Assembly: GCA_000146045.2 (NCBI GenBank)
Contig: BK006944.2
Coordinates: forward strand, 192,001 to 256,000
Direction of reading: 5' to 3'
Length of the DNA stretch: 64,000 nucleotides
DNA from: TPA_inf: Saccharomyces
Lineage: Eukaryota
In this document: positions 45,536 to 59,900 of the stretch, piece by piece
How positions within the stretch are numbered: the stretch's first letter is position 1
Layout of the letters: the number at the start of each line of letters is the position of its first letter
The notes under the pieces: model-generated
Seen by the model: the letters and a program-made list of their open reading frames with translations, nothing else
Database searches by the model: none
What the model was told of the DNA's origin: nothing
Program-made: the position numbers and the translations under genes

Positions 45536-46891
45536 ATGTTGAGGACGAGGCTTACTAATTGCAGTCTATGGAGGCCCTACTACACGTCATCGCTTAGTAG
45601 AGTACCAAGAGCACCTCCAGATAAAGTCTTGGGGTTATCTGAACACTTCAAAAAGGTAAAAAATGTTAACAAAATTGACCTGACCGTAGGAATATATAAA
45701 GATGGTTGGGGCAAAGTGACGACGTTTCCCTCCGTTGCAAAAGCTCAAAAATTGATTGAATCTCATTTAGAGTTGAATAAGAATCTTTCATATTTACCAA
45801 TAACAGGTTCCAAAGAATTTCAGGAAAACGTTATGAAATTTTTGTTCAAGGAATCATGTCCGCAGTTTGGGCCATTTTATTTAGCCCATGATAGAATCAG
45901 CTTTGTTCAGACTTTGAGTGGTACAGGCGCCCTAGCTGTAGCAGCTAAATTCTTGGCATTATTTATTTCAAGAGATATTTGGATACCTGACCCATCATGG
46001 GCAAATCATAAGAACATTTTTCAGAACAATGGTTTTGAAAATATTTACCGGTATTCCTATTATAAGGACGGTCAGATAGACATCGACGGATGGATTGAGC
46101 AATTGAAAACCTTTGCATATAACAACCAGCAAGAAAACAATAAGAACCCACCTTGCATAATCTTGCATGCGTGTTGTCACAACCCTACAGGTCTCGACCC
46201 AACTAAAGAGCAATGGGAAAAGATTATAGATACTATATATGAGCTAAAAATGGTACCCATTGTTGATATGGCTTATCAGGGTTTAGAGTCTGGTAACTTA
46301 CTAAAGGACGCATATTTATTGAGGCTATGTCTCAATGTAAATAAATATCCAAATTGGAGTAACGGTATCTTTCTTTGTCAATCTTTTGCCAAGAACATGG
46401 GCCTTTATGGTGAACGAGTTGGTTCCTTAAGCGTTATCACGCCGGCAACTGCGAACAATGGAAAGTTCAACCCTCTACAACAGAAAAACTCATTGCAGCA
46501 AAATATTGACTCCCAATTAAAAAAGATTGTCAGAGGTATGTATTCTTCTCCACCAGGATACGGTTCTCGTGTGGTAAATGTAGTATTATCAGATTTCAAA
46601 TTGAAACAGCAATGGTTCAAGGATGTTGATTTCATGGTTCAGAGATTGCATCACGTCAGACAGGAGATGTTTGACCGTCTAGGGTGGCCGGATCTTGTAA
46701 ATTTCGCACAACAGCACGGTATGTTTTACTATACAAGGTTTAGTCCAAAGCAAGTCGAAATATTGAGAAACAATTACTTCGTCTATTTAACAGGTGATGG
46801 TAGATTGTCGCTTAGCGGAGTCAATGATTCGAACGTTGATTACTTATGTGAATCTCTTGAAGCAGTCTCGAAAATGGACAAACTCGCATAA
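45536..46891 (+). CDS. AAT1: Mitochondrial aspartate aminotransferase, 451 aa.
   Basis: Track start is TTG. The first ATG at 45536 gives MLRTRLTNCSLWRPYYTSSLSRV, a mitochondrial presequence. Class-I aminotransferase PLP-lysine region SFAKNMGLYGERVG. Confidence 0.88.
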   Translation: MLRTRLTNCSLWRPYYTSSLSRVPRAPPDKVLGLSEHFKKVKNVNKIDLTVGIYKDGWGKVTTFPSVAKAQKLIESHLELNKNLSYLPITGSKEFQENVMKFLFKESCPQFGPFYLAHDRISFVQTLSGTGALAVAAKFLALFISRDIWIPDPSWANHKNIFQNNGFENIYRYSYYKDGQIDIDGWIEQLKTFAYNNQQENNKNPPCIILHACCHNPTGLDPTKEQWEKIIDTIYELKMVPIVDMAYQGLESGNLLKDAYLLRLCLNVNKYPNWSNGIFLCQSFAKNMGLYGERVGSLSVITPATANNGKFNPLQQKNSLQQNIDSQLKKIVRGMYSSPPGYGSRVVNVVLSDFKLKQQWFKDVDFMVQRLHHVRQEMFDRLGWPDLVNFAQQHGMFYYTRFSPKQVEILRNNYFVYLTGDGRLSLSGVNDSNVDYLCESLEAVSKMDKLA

Positions 46892-47184
46892 TTTTTTCAC
46901 CTTACAGTTCACCTTTGTCTTTATTTTTTTATTACTTTTCCCTTCTCATTTTGCCACACAATAATTTATAGAATATAATAATTTTTTGTAATAATTAATA
47001 AACCTTTTTTTTATCTACTCTATATACACTTTTCAGATAACTAGATTGGATTAATTCGTGATCGAACTAGTTATTAAATTTTAAATGAAAAGAAAGCTAG
47101 CGCTAGCCAACTATTTTAATTACGGTGGCAGTGCATCATATCCTTACATTTCATTTTAGGTTTCCTATGTTTTCTTCTTTCAAA

Positions 47185-50100
47185 TCATTTCCTGCCAAAA
47201 ATTTTTTTCAGTTTCCTACCGAATTTACTGTGACCGTGACGGTCATGCGACTTATCTTTTATAGCTGCATCATCGTTATGAAGCTTGTGTATCTCTCCAT
47301 TTTTATCAATGATAGTCACCGGAACGCTTAATGGTAAGGCTGTAGGCAGGTCAGGATTTGATGACTCCAAAGTGGCTGTTCCACCAGATATGTTCCTATT
47401 TGACAATTGGCTTTTATTTCCGAATAATGAAAACCGGTGGCCTTCTGTACCAGCTTCGCTTACGTCATTAGTGTTCATGGATGATGCAGTGTAAGGGGAA
47501 GAATCATCGTTGTTGCAGCTCTTTTTATTTGCTAATATTGGCATATCGTTTTCGTTGGTCTTATTTTTGAAGTTCGTCATGGGATTAACTATCTCTGTTT
47601 CGTTCGTGGTATGAGTAGAATGACTTGTTCTCCTTTTCAGCGGAGAGGGCAAACCAAAAGTCCATGATTTTCTTGAGACATGACCTCCTTTTTCCTTCTT
47701 TTCTTCCACATCCAGGTTCTCTGCTGCTGTGGCTGTAGCATTCTTTGTGATAAGTGGCTCTCTCAAAGACATGCTTCTAAATCCTAGGTTATCCTTCGCA
47801 GGTCTTTCCTTCTCAAAACTAGACTTCCTGGCGGGGGGTTCTTTGGGGTAGAGTGCACTATTATTTTTATCAATGTATAGAGGGACATGATCAGGCAATC
47901 GTCTCGATGTTGTGCTCGCCTGAGGAGCTTTTGGAAAACACTTGGACGCCTCGTGTGAAGCCAAGTTGCCAGATGATGGAGGATTTGATGGCTTCTTGCT
48001 ATGATATGGAGGGGATGAAGATGAGTCAGAAGCTGGATATACTATATTATGCGAAAGAGTAGCCTCATTTGAACTACCACGTAGAGTTCTTAGGCACGAA
48101 CGATTGGTGATTTTTCTTTTATCGTCGAGACGCTTGGGAGACATCACGGGTATTTGATGAGAACTAGATTGATCGTATTTCTGTTTTGAAATACTCGTCG
48201 GAGGGCCATGGCTGTTCGTTTTCGTATTGGAAGCAGTTTTCCCTGTAGAGGAATCAATATTTGGAGACGTTTCTATCGAATAAATGGACGAGGAAGTACT
48301 TGATGGAACGGCTGATTGTTTCAAATCAGATCTAAGTTGTGGTTGTAGTGAGCTTTTCAAAAGGTCAGGTGCAACTCTTGTGGTATCCGTGGAGGACTTG
48401 GAGTTCACGTTTTCGGAATCTAGGCTGAAAGTGTCTGAACTTGTGTTAGTGAGGTAAGGATTAGCACCACGTAAATACTTGGCCATGTTTGTTCCGGACT
48501 GACTAACTTCTGCATTTTCAGAATTTTGTTCCTTCTTTTTATTATCTTCTGTCTCGGTAGAATATTCTGAAGGGTGTTTTAATGAAGGCACGTCAGATAT
48601 ATCTTGTTCTATTTGAACCGGATCTCTCATTATCACGTCATAAGAATCATGATATTCATCATCATCGTCATCATCATCGTCATCATCATCGTCAACATTT
48701 TCATCATCGTCAACATTTTCATCCTTGTCATCATCGTTAACATCATCGTCCTTGTCATCATCATCGTCATTATCATTGTCTTTGTCATCATCATCGTCCT
48801 TGTCATTGTTGGGTCCATTATTTTTGTCCATAACACTACCAGTCTCATCCTCCAGTTTAACGTTCTCGATCCCAGAAGTGCTAGGGAATTTTTCAGAACT
48901 TTCCGGTTCATTATCGGAAAGCGCCTCTTCTTGATCTTCTTTTTGGACTAAAAAGCAATTTGTATCGACGAGGCCTGACTTTTTTCCCTTTGTACGTTCT
49001 TCCTGTTTTTCACTATCATCATCTTGCGGAATTTTTAGTCCAACCTGATTTCCGCCTATTTCAGACTCCACACTTGTCTTTGCAGTAGCGCGAAGATCAG
49101 TTGCCGAGCCTTCTATATAATTATAATCGGATAATTCGCTGCCAGTGAGACTGTTTGAATCTGCAATGCACCTCACTTCGTTATCTGAATTCATGTGGAA
49201 GTTAGAATTGTTTAAAGAGCCGAGAAGAATAGGATCTACTAAATTTCCTTCGGCATCAACAGAATCGATATTCTCTGCATTTTCAATATTCTGAGTTTGA
49301 TTGGAGAGAGTTGATGGCTCTTTCTCCACGTCTTCCGGAGGTACATAGGCAGGCTTAGGTTCTGATAAAGTAGGTTGACGAATCGTGATCGATTTGACCT
49401 CGGATGCTACTTCCTGTCCTTTGTGAAAGTGTTGTTTTCTTTTGCTTTCAATTAGTTTTAATTCTTGGGCTTCAAGGTCGGCATTCTCCTTAACTATATT
49501 TAGCTCTCTTTTCAATAACTCCATTCTCCGTTCTTCATCTAGCTTAACTTTTCGCAATTCCAAAATTAAGCTTTGTTCCCTTTCTTCTTCGTTCAATTTT
49601 GCTATTTCGATATTTGATATTTTTTCCTCCAAGCTATGAACCTCTTTAAGCAATGTTTCAATTTCTTCCTTTTTCTCACGTCCACTGAGACCACTTTTAT
49701 CTTTTTTGGGTATGCTACGATCGAGAACGCTGGGTTCAATAAAAGAGTTTTCGTCATCGGATATAATCATGGGTTTAAATTCTAAAGGATCATGAAGATC
49801 CTCTTGCAGTTCTTGTTCCGTTTCCTCGTTCATAGTTGTTGGTATTAATGGAACATTGTTATGCCGTTGCTTTAATGATGTAGTATGCATTTTAGATAAT
49901 ACTTTGCCATGATAATCGTTTTTTGATTTACCGCCGCTTTCACTTTTTTTCTCTTGTGATCCTGCTTTCTTAGTAGTTTTATTCCTATGCATTAGACTAG
50001 TTTTGTTGTTTCGAGTAGGCAAAGAATATGCTCTACCACCTCGTTGGTTTGAGCGGTTGCTCAGACTGTATCTAGGAGGCTCTACTTCCACGGGTACTTC

Positions 50101-50583
50101 CACAGCCATTAACCCCCTAGGGCCTGGTATGTATTTTTTTATCGTCCTTATTGTGCTGCCTGAGTTCCCAAGTGATGTGGTCCTTGATTTACTATTCTGA
50201 CCAGTCGAACTTGAAATGTTTAAAACCTTCGATGACTGCTTGCCTCCAAATTCTCGAAACGTGGTTTCTGCATCCTCGTGAGCCCTGTGTTGCCTTCTCC
50301 CCGCCGAATTATTAGAGGTATTCTTATGTCCTTGGTTTGGCAAACTCGACGTGCGCTTAGAGTATTGGCGAACGTTACCATTCATTAAGAGCATCCTTGA
50401 GTTAGTCCTAGAATTCGAGAGCATTGTATACCTATTAATCCCTGCGATTGACGTAGTTCGAGAGGTAAAACTCTGATTGTATTGCGGTATTTTACTCTTG
50501 TCAACGGTCCTCCCATTATAACTGAGCGCATTTCCAATTGCTGCTGCTGCTGCTAAGGCATCTGGACTACTTTCTTGGATCAT
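47185..50583 (-). CDS. SEG2: Large low-complexity Ser/Asn/Asp-rich protein, 1132 aa (Seg1 paralogue).
   Basis: ATG confirmed (CAT 50581..50583). Extreme acidic block DKDDDDDKDNDNDDDDDKDDDVNDDDKDENVDDDENVDDDDDDDDDDDDEYHD, coiled-coil EEK-rich segment, basic C-terminus. Confidence 0.7.
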   Translation of the reverse strand: MIQESSPDALAAAAAIGNALSYNGRTVDKSKIPQYNQSFTSRTTSIAGINRYTMLSNSRTNSRMLLMNGNVRQYSKRTSSLPNQGHKNTSNNSAGRRQHRAHEDAETTFREFGGKQSSKVLNISSSTGQNSKSRTTSLGNSGSTIRTIKKYIPGPRGLMAVEVPVEVEPPRYSLSNRSNQRGGRAYSLPTRNNKTSLMHRNKTTKKAGSQEKKSESGGKSKNDYHGKVLSKMHTTSLKQRHNNVPLIPTTMNEETEQELQEDLHDPLEFKPMIISDDENSFIEPSVLDRSIPKKDKSGLSGREKKEEIETLLKEVHSLEEKISNIEIAKLNEEEREQSLILELRKVKLDEERRMELLKRELNIVKENADLEAQELKLIESKRKQHFHKGQEVASEVKSITIRQPTLSEPKPAYVPPEDVEKEPSTLSNQTQNIENAENIDSVDAEGNLVDPILLGSLNNSNFHMNSDNEVRCIADSNSLTGSELSDYNYIEGSATDLRATAKTSVESEIGGNQVGLKIPQDDDSEKQEERTKGKKSGLVDTNCFLVQKEDQEEALSDNEPESSEKFPSTSGIENVKLEDETGSVMDKNNGPNNDKDDDDDKDNDNDDDDDKDDDVNDDDKDENVDDDENVDDDDDDDDDDDDEYHDSYDVIMRDPVQIEQDISDVPSLKHPSEYSTETEDNKKKEQNSENAEVSQSGTNMAKYLRGANPYLTNTSSDTFSLDSENVNSKSSTDTTRVAPDLLKSSLQPQLRSDLKQSAVPSSTSSSIYSIETSPNIDSSTGKTASNTKTNSHGPPTSISKQKYDQSSSHQIPVMSPKRLDDKRKITNRSCLRTLRGSSNEATLSHNIVYPASDSSSSPPYHSKKPSNPPSSGNLASHEASKCFPKAPQASTTSRRLPDHVPLYIDKNNSALYPKEPPARKSSFEKERPAKDNLGFRSMSLREPLITKNATATAAENLDVEEKKEKGGHVSRKSWTFGLPSPLKRRTSHSTHTTNETEIVNPMTNFKNKTNENDMPILANKKSCNNDDSSPYTASSMNTNDVSEAGTEGHRFSLFGNKSQLSNRNISGGTATLESSNPDLPTALPLSVPVTIIDKNGEIHKLHNDDAAIKDKSHDRHGHSKFGRKLKKIFGRK

Positions 50584-51219
50584 CCCGCTATTTCCAATGC
50601 TCCCACTATTTGTTGATACTTGCCTCTTTCAGAGCTATCTGCCTTATGTTGATTATTAGGGTTAATAAATGCTATTTCCTCCCGCAATAATTGTGTAATT
50701 TGAACGAAGAATATGAAGAAGATGGAATGGCGATTTTCACTCTAAATTTTAAAAATTGCCTCTTTACAATAGCGAATTTCCTAACCCTTTTTTTTTTTTG
50801 TTGATTGCCTATTGCTCGTTCACTTCCCATTTATTTTCTCTCGAATTTCACCAAAAGTTGATGTGGATAATCAATCATCGGGCCTATTCCTGCGGGTAAA
50901 ACGCAGGGCCCAACTCAGGATAGGGTTTAATATTATTTTAGAGGACTTACAAGAAGGAAGTTATATGGTTTAAAAATTGTAACAAAGTTAGAACACATTT
51001 ATTTAGCAGGTCTAATTTAGGGCTGCAACTATCTTTTTGGTTATTCATATAAAATATAATTTTTTATTTATATAGAGAATACAAGTGGAATCATCTTTAA
51101 CGCCAGCTTGTAGTGCGCATTGCAGAATAATGGAAGTTCAAAAATTAAAAGCGAAGGAGAAGTGATAGTAGAAAGACGGATGGGAGGCTGGGGGACGAAG
51201 AGAAAGTAAAAGGGTTAAT

Positions 51220-53409
<2,190 letters not shown>

Positions 53410-53784
53410 TTATTGCTTATTTGGCCCTGATAACTATATAAGAAAAGAAATACAGTTATTCCTTGTTTATGCTGGCTTTTTGTCCACTTTTTCTCAACTA
53501 TATAACTATGATGTTGGAAAGGACACCGGTTCTGTAACTTTGCAGTGAAAATAAGTGTGATGGATGACTGAGAATGCTTTCTTGTAAGCGAAAAGAAGTA
53601 CGTGTTCCAAAAATAAAGCAGAAAGGCGAAAAGGGTCGAATGTAAGACACTAAATAAATATTTTAAGAAGAGGAAAAGTCGCCTCAGAAACGCTAAAATG
53701 CATCCGATTTCCCAAAGAGGAAGTCTAATGTTTTCGATTTGTGAAAAAAAGATAAAAATCGAAGAAAATGTAGGGAGCCGCGCG

Positions 53785-53792
53785 TTACCCGG
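53785..53792. promoter_or_regulatory. Reb1 consensus TTACCCGG about 410 bp upstream of GFA1.
   Basis: cgcgttacccggatt at 53781..53795. Confidence 0.4.
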
Positions 53793-54137
53793 ATTGATAT
53801 TTGAGTGATCGACGGCGTCACAAAAGAAAGAATGCTTGGCTAATCAAGAAAAGTATGTGGTTTGTTTCATCTAATACGGCTGTCAAGGCCCACATTGGTG
53901 TTCAAATGCATTTTTTATAGTTCGTGGTTACTGTTAATATTCTTTCCTAGTAGAATGTTTGGGGTTTAGGTATTTTTGATGTTTTATTTATAAATAGATA
54001 TTTATATCTTGACGATTGTGGTGTTTTATTTTTTTTTTTTTATACATTTTTCTTTTCTTCCTGATTCGAAATAAAAGTATTTTTAGAAAAAGGATAAAGA
54101 AACAGAAATCAAAAGAAATAAAAAGAGTGTGGCAAAA

Positions 54138-55682
54138 TCACAACTCGCCGAATTCATCGTAGACTGATCTCCAGTGCTTGAAAAATCCGTTGAAGAACTT
54201 AACACCTAATCCGACATCCTTGGACCCTGTAGCAGCTCTGATGCTGTGCATGGACAACTGTGCAATTCCCAGGTCTATGGTACGAGCACCTGTTTGAGAA
54301 GCCAATGATGGGCCGATAGTACCACCTGATCTTGAGTTGTTTTTGATTTGGAAATATTGCACTTTGTCTCCATTGCGGCGTGCTAATTCTTCTACTAGGG
54401 CAGTTCCTACGACATCTGTGGCCATATGACCGTTAGGATCCAGTGATAAAGTGATTCCGACATTAGGCACTGGAAAATGATTCTTCAAATAGACTTCAGG
54501 AAAGTTTGGGTTGTAGAGGTGGTTGACGTCTGCGGACAAGATGATGGAATTAGCCCAAACCGTATGCAAATCGACCGGTTTCTTAGTGAATGCAGAAGAA
54601 CTGCGTTCCACCACTGACTCCAACAAGCCACCTTTTGCGCCTTGTCTTGTCAACGATCCGATTTCTTCATTATCATACAAAGTGACAGTAGAGAATAAAT
54701 CTGATTCCTCGGTATTAACATCCTTAGCGTAGCAAATCAAAGCAATCATTGCTGCGAAACTACACAACCTGTCATCTAGACGTGGTGCAAAAAGGAAGTG
54801 TTTACCAATACCTCCAATGGTACCCTTTTGCACATCGAATAAGTCTAAATCCATTTGAATCAATTCGGACACTTCCACACCGGCTAATTTGGCAACGTAC
54901 CTTAACAGGTGGATGCAGTGTTTGCCAAATAAGGGCGATTTCTTTTCATCATCCGTGGGAGGTTCATTACCTTCCTCATCCGGAGTGGGGAAGCCGATGA
55001 CCGGGATAGTTTGGTCCTCTTTATCAAATGGGCCTTCAGCAGGTTTACCGAAATGGGGAGCCAAGGAAGGAATTCGACAAACAGGTAGGGGTGTAGAATC
55101 AACCAAGGCGCTTTTAATTTCGTTAGTGCCCTTCTTCTTGTAAAGAAGGCGACCACCAATACCTAGGTCTCTGTCTAGCCACAATTCATTCAGTGTACCT
55201 CCATAGGGAGCAACAGCAATTCTTCCGTAACCTTCCGCTGTGTCTTTAAAGGAGACGGGCTTCAATTTGACCGTCAAAGCGTCCACATGAGATCCAATGA
55301 CACCGACACCCTTTTCGGCTCTCCAGTTTTTGCCCAGGATAAAGGCAGATAGGTTAGTTCCATTTCTTATAGTGTAGAATTTCCCACCATCTTCGCCAAT
55401 GGAGTCCTGCCAATTGGATTTCTCGCTCAAGTATTTGAAGTTATGCTTATCTAACAGCTCCGCGAAAAATGATACTACATGGTAAGTGGTAGGGTTCTTG
55501 TAAATGAAATCAATGAATTCCTGTGCAATATCCTCATAATTGTGCTCGAGGATGCACCACGAATTTTCATTTTCTTTCTTTTCCTTTTCTTCGTTGGCGA
55601 TTTGGTTATTTTTAGATGGCTCTACAGTTAGCATCTGCAGAGTTTTCTTCAATTGTTCCAGTATTTCACGTTGTTCCTCCAT
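54138..55682 (-). CDS. APE1: Vacuolar aminopeptidase I (M18 family, Cvt cargo), 514 aa.
   Basis: ATG confirmed (CAT 55680..55682). N-terminal amphipathic propeptide MEEQREILEQLKKTLQML. M18 metal-binding region. Confidence 0.9.
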   Translation of the reverse strand: MEEQREILEQLKKTLQMLTVEPSKNNQIANEEKEKKENENSWCILEHNYEDIAQEFIDFIYKNPTTYHVVSFFAELLDKHNFKYLSEKSNWQDSIGEDGGKFYTIRNGTNLSAFILGKNWRAEKGVGVIGSHVDALTVKLKPVSFKDTAEGYGRIAVAPYGGTLNELWLDRDLGIGGRLLYKKKGTNEIKSALVDSTPLPVCRIPSLAPHFGKPAEGPFDKEDQTIPVIGFPTPDEEGNEPPTDDEKKSPLFGKHCIHLLRYVAKLAGVEVSELIQMDLDLFDVQKGTIGGIGKHFLFAPRLDDRLCSFAAMIALICYAKDVNTEESDLFSTVTLYDNEEIGSLTRQGAKGGLLESVVERSSSAFTKKPVDLHTVWANSIILSADVNHLYNPNFPEVYLKNHFPVPNVGITLSLDPNGHMATDVVGTALVEELARRNGDKVQYFQIKNNSRSGGTIGPSLASQTGARTIDLGIAQLSMHSIRAATGSKDVGLGVKFFNGFFKHWRSVYDEFGEL

Positions 55683-56419
55683 TCTTTTTTTCTTAATTTT
55701 GTTGGTTGTGCAGGTTTCTACAATTGCACTAAGATTACTGATCAGGCTCTATACAGTGTATGTCTTGTTCTGTGAAGTCAACTGCTTATAAATGAATTTT
55801 TATTATCTAATGGAACGATTAAGGGGTGTGTCAACTATTTCACTTAACCCTATTCTTTCTTACTGTCGTTTGCTTGCATAGCCTATCTTACAGTAATAGA
55901 GGTGCAAAACAGCATCACCCCTAGTTGTTTTTCCCGAAAAACCTATCCCAGATTATTTTTTTTTTGAATTAGACAAGAAATCATCCGAAGACCTATTATG
56001 CTTCTGATTAAACCTTGAGAAAAACGGAAGTTTGCAACCTATACCCTAAAGTAGAAGCTGACTAATTCATATTCCTCACGAAATGGTGCGACCTCTCTTT
56101 ATCCATGAGAAAAGGAAGGAGTGGGTTCTTGTTTGATGCTTCTTTATCTGATACCAACAAGCGCAAGAGATAAGGGATTACAATGTTATCATGCCTCAGA
56201 AAGTAATAGGATGACATTTTCTTGCAAACGTTGACATTAAAAACATAAAGTACCTTACGGCGTTCGGAGCCTACAAGCCTGCCACAATTTGAGCCGCTGC
56301 ACAAGAGAACACCGAATGAACAACTGGCTGCAGCTGTCGATGAAACCTCAGCGAATAAAGCACACATTTGTGCGTTTTACAATAACAGGGAAGGTGGAAT
56401 GTGTTGCCTTCGTCCTTAT

Positions 56420-56475
56420 TTTTCGCGTTGTGAAATATTTTTACTAATTTTTCTTTTCGCGTGGTCATTTTCGCG
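56420..56475. promoter_or_regulatory. Cluster of three SCB-like elements (TTTTCGCG, equivalent to CGCGAAAA on the other strand) 445-500 bp upstream of HSL1.
   Basis: TTTTCGCG at 56420..56427, 56454..56461 and 56468..56475. Confidence 0.55.
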
Positions 56476-56919
56476 TTGGGTTGTTTGGGCTAAATAGTGA
56501 AAACTAATCTCCATCACGTACCGTACCGTCTTGTACCGGCTGGGAGCAGCATTATAGTGGCCACTCTTATTGGCGTTCTTAATATAAGCAAGTTACCTTT
56601 TGCTCGAAACCTGTTTCTTCTTAAAACTCCCTTTGGATCGTAAGTTCGCTAGTTATCCGACTGCAAGGACGTAAATTGGACAGCGAGAGGCCATTAAAAC
56701 AGAGAGTTGAACTCAAATAGATCATCAAATAGGTTGGATATCCATCATACTACTTGCTACTAATCGCGAAAAGAGATAAATAATAAAATTACAAGAAAGA
56801 CAAGGTAAAAAGAACGACATAGATTTGCGGGACAAAAAATACTGATAAATAAATCAACAACCAACTATATTCACTCCTTTATTATTTGTTATTAATATTT
56901 TTTATTTTTACCACACGAC

Positions 56920-59900
56920 ATGACTGGTCACGTTTCAAAAACGAGCCACGTACCCAAAGGTCGCCCGTCTTCATTGGCCAAGAAGGCAGCTAAAAGGGCC
57001 ATGGCCAAAGTAAATTCGAATCCAAAAAGGGCGTCGGGGCATTTGGAGCGTGTTGTACAATCTGTGAACGACGCTACCAAAAGATTATCTCAGCCCGACT
57101 CTACCGTAAGTGTTGCTACAAAATCATCAAAGAGAAAATCCAGAGACACGGTGGGTCCTTGGAAACTTGGCAAAACATTGGGGAAGGGATCTTCTGGTAG
57201 GGTTCGCTTGGCTAAAAATATGGAAACAGGACAATTAGCTGCCATTAAAATTGTCCCCAAGAAGAAAGCCTTTGTTCATTGTTCTAATAATGGAACTGTT
57301 CCTAATTCTTACTCTTCTTCCATGGTCACTTCCAATGTATCTTCTCCATCAATAGCATCTAGAGAACATAGTAACCATTCTCAAACGAACCCATATGGCA
57401 TAGAGAGAGAAATAGTAATCATGAAATTGATATCTCACACAAACGTTATGGCATTGTTTGAAGTTTGGGAGAACAAATCAGAGCTGTACCTAGTTTTGGA
57501 ATATGTTGATGGTGGCGAATTATTCGATTATCTGGTCTCGAAGGGAAAGCTACCTGAAAGGGAGGCTATCCATTACTTCAAGCAGATAGTTGAAGGTGTT
57601 TCCTATTGTCATTCTTTTAATATATGCCATCGTGATCTGAAGCCTGAAAATTTATTATTAGATAAAAAGAATAGGAGAATCAAAATTGCTGATTTCGGCA
57701 TGGCAGCATTAGAGCTTCCTAATAAACTTTTAAAAACTTCATGTGGCTCTCCACACTATGCGTCTCCTGAAATTGTTATGGGTAGACCATATCATGGCGG
57801 TCCTAGCGATGTCTGGTCCTGCGGTATCGTTTTATTTGCATTACTCACCGGTCATTTACCATTTAATGATGACAACATCAAAAAGCTGTTGTTGAAAGTT
57901 CAATCGGGCAAATATCAAATGCCCTCAAATTTATCTTCTGAGGCTCGTGATTTGATATCAAAAATATTGGTAATTGATCCAGAAAAAAGAATTACCACTC
58001 AAGAGATATTGAAGCATCCTCTGATCAAAAAATATGATGATCTCCCAGTTAATAAAGTGCTGAGGAAAATGAGAAAGGATAACATGGCGAGGGGAAAATC
58101 TAACTCGGATTTGCATTTGCTAAATAATGTCTCGCCCTCTATTGTAACTTTACATTCAAAAGGGGAAATTGATGAATCCATCTTGAGGAGTTTGCAAATT
58201 TTGTGGCATGGAGTTTCTCGTGAACTAATCACTGCCAAGTTGCTTCAAAAGCCAATGTCGGAGGAAAAACTATTCTACTCACTGTTATTACAATATAAAC
58301 AACGTCACTCAATATCATTGTCCTCGTCAAGCGAAAACAAGAAATCAGCAACAGAAAGTAGCGTAAATGAACCTAGGATTGAATACGCATCCAAAACTGC
58401 CAATAATACAGGCCTAAGGAGCGAGAACAATGATGTGAAGACTTTACATTCTCTAGAAATTCATTCAGAAGATACTTCAACAGTGAATCAGAACAACGCA
58501 ATTACAGGGGTTAATACAGAAATTAATGCCCCTGTATTGGCACAAAAATCGCAATTTAGTATCAATACGCTCAGTCAACCTGAAAGTGATAAGGCTGAAG
58601 CAGAAGCTGTAACATTACCACCCGCTATTCCCATATTCAATGCTTCTTCATCAAGGATTTTCCGTAACTCATACACCTCTATTTCATCACGTTCGAGAAG
58701 ATCGCTACGCTTATCGAATTCCAGATTATCATTGTCCGCTTCAACTTCTAGAGAAACTGTGCATGATAATGAGATGCCTCTACCTCAACTGCCGAAGTCG
58801 CCTTCAAGATATTCATTGTCAAGAAGGGCAATCCACGCCTCCCCATCTACTAAATCAATACATAAATCACTTTCGAGGAAGAATATAGCTGCAACTGTTG
58901 CCGCTAGAAGAACACTACAAAACTCGGCTTCAAAGAGATCCTTATACTCATTACAGTCAATTTCAAAACGTTCCTTGAACCTGAATGATTTATTAGTCTT
59001 TGACGATCCTCTCCCTAGTAAGAAACCAGCATCCGAAAATGTGAATAAATCAGAACCCCATTCGTTGGAATCAGACTCTGATTTTGAGATCTTATGCGAT
59101 CAGATCTTATTTGGAAACGCCTTAGATAGGATACTCGAAGAGGAAGAGGACAATGAAAAAGAACGCGACACCCAAAGACAGAGGCAAAACGATACAAAAT
59201 CTTCGGCAGACACTTTTACGATCTCTGGGGTGTCTACAAATAAGGAAAATGAGGGCCCGGAGTATCCAACCAAAATTGAGAAAAATCAATTCAATATGTC
59301 ATATAAACCATCTGAGAATATGTCAGGGCTCTCTTCATTTCCTATCTTTGAAAAAGAAAACACGTTAAGCTCAAGTTATTTGGAAGAACAGAAGCCAAAG
59401 AGAGCGGCCCTTTCAGATATCACGAACTCATTCAATAAAATGAATAAACAGGAAGGTATGAGGATAGAAAAAAAGATTCAAAGAGAACAACTTCAAAAAA
59501 AAAATGACCGCCCGTCACCACTCAAACCTATTCAGCACCAAGAACTTCGTGTAAATTCTTTGCCTAATGATCAAGGTAAACCGTCCTTATCTCTAGATCC
59601 CCGCCGTAACATCTCCCAGCCAGTGAATTCAAAAGTGGAATCACTATTGCAGGGACTGAAATTCAAAAAGGAGCCAGCCTCTCACTGGACCCATGAGAGA
59701 GGTTCCTTGTTCATGAGTGAACATGTGGAAGACGAAAAACCAGTCAAAGCCTCAGATGTTTCAATCGAAAGTTCATATGTACCTTTAACAACAGTAGCAA
59801 CATCTTCGAGAGATCCCAGTGTTTTAGCAGAATCTAGTACAATTCAAAAACCAATGCTGTCTTTACCTTCTAGTTTTTTGAACACATCTATGACGTTCAA

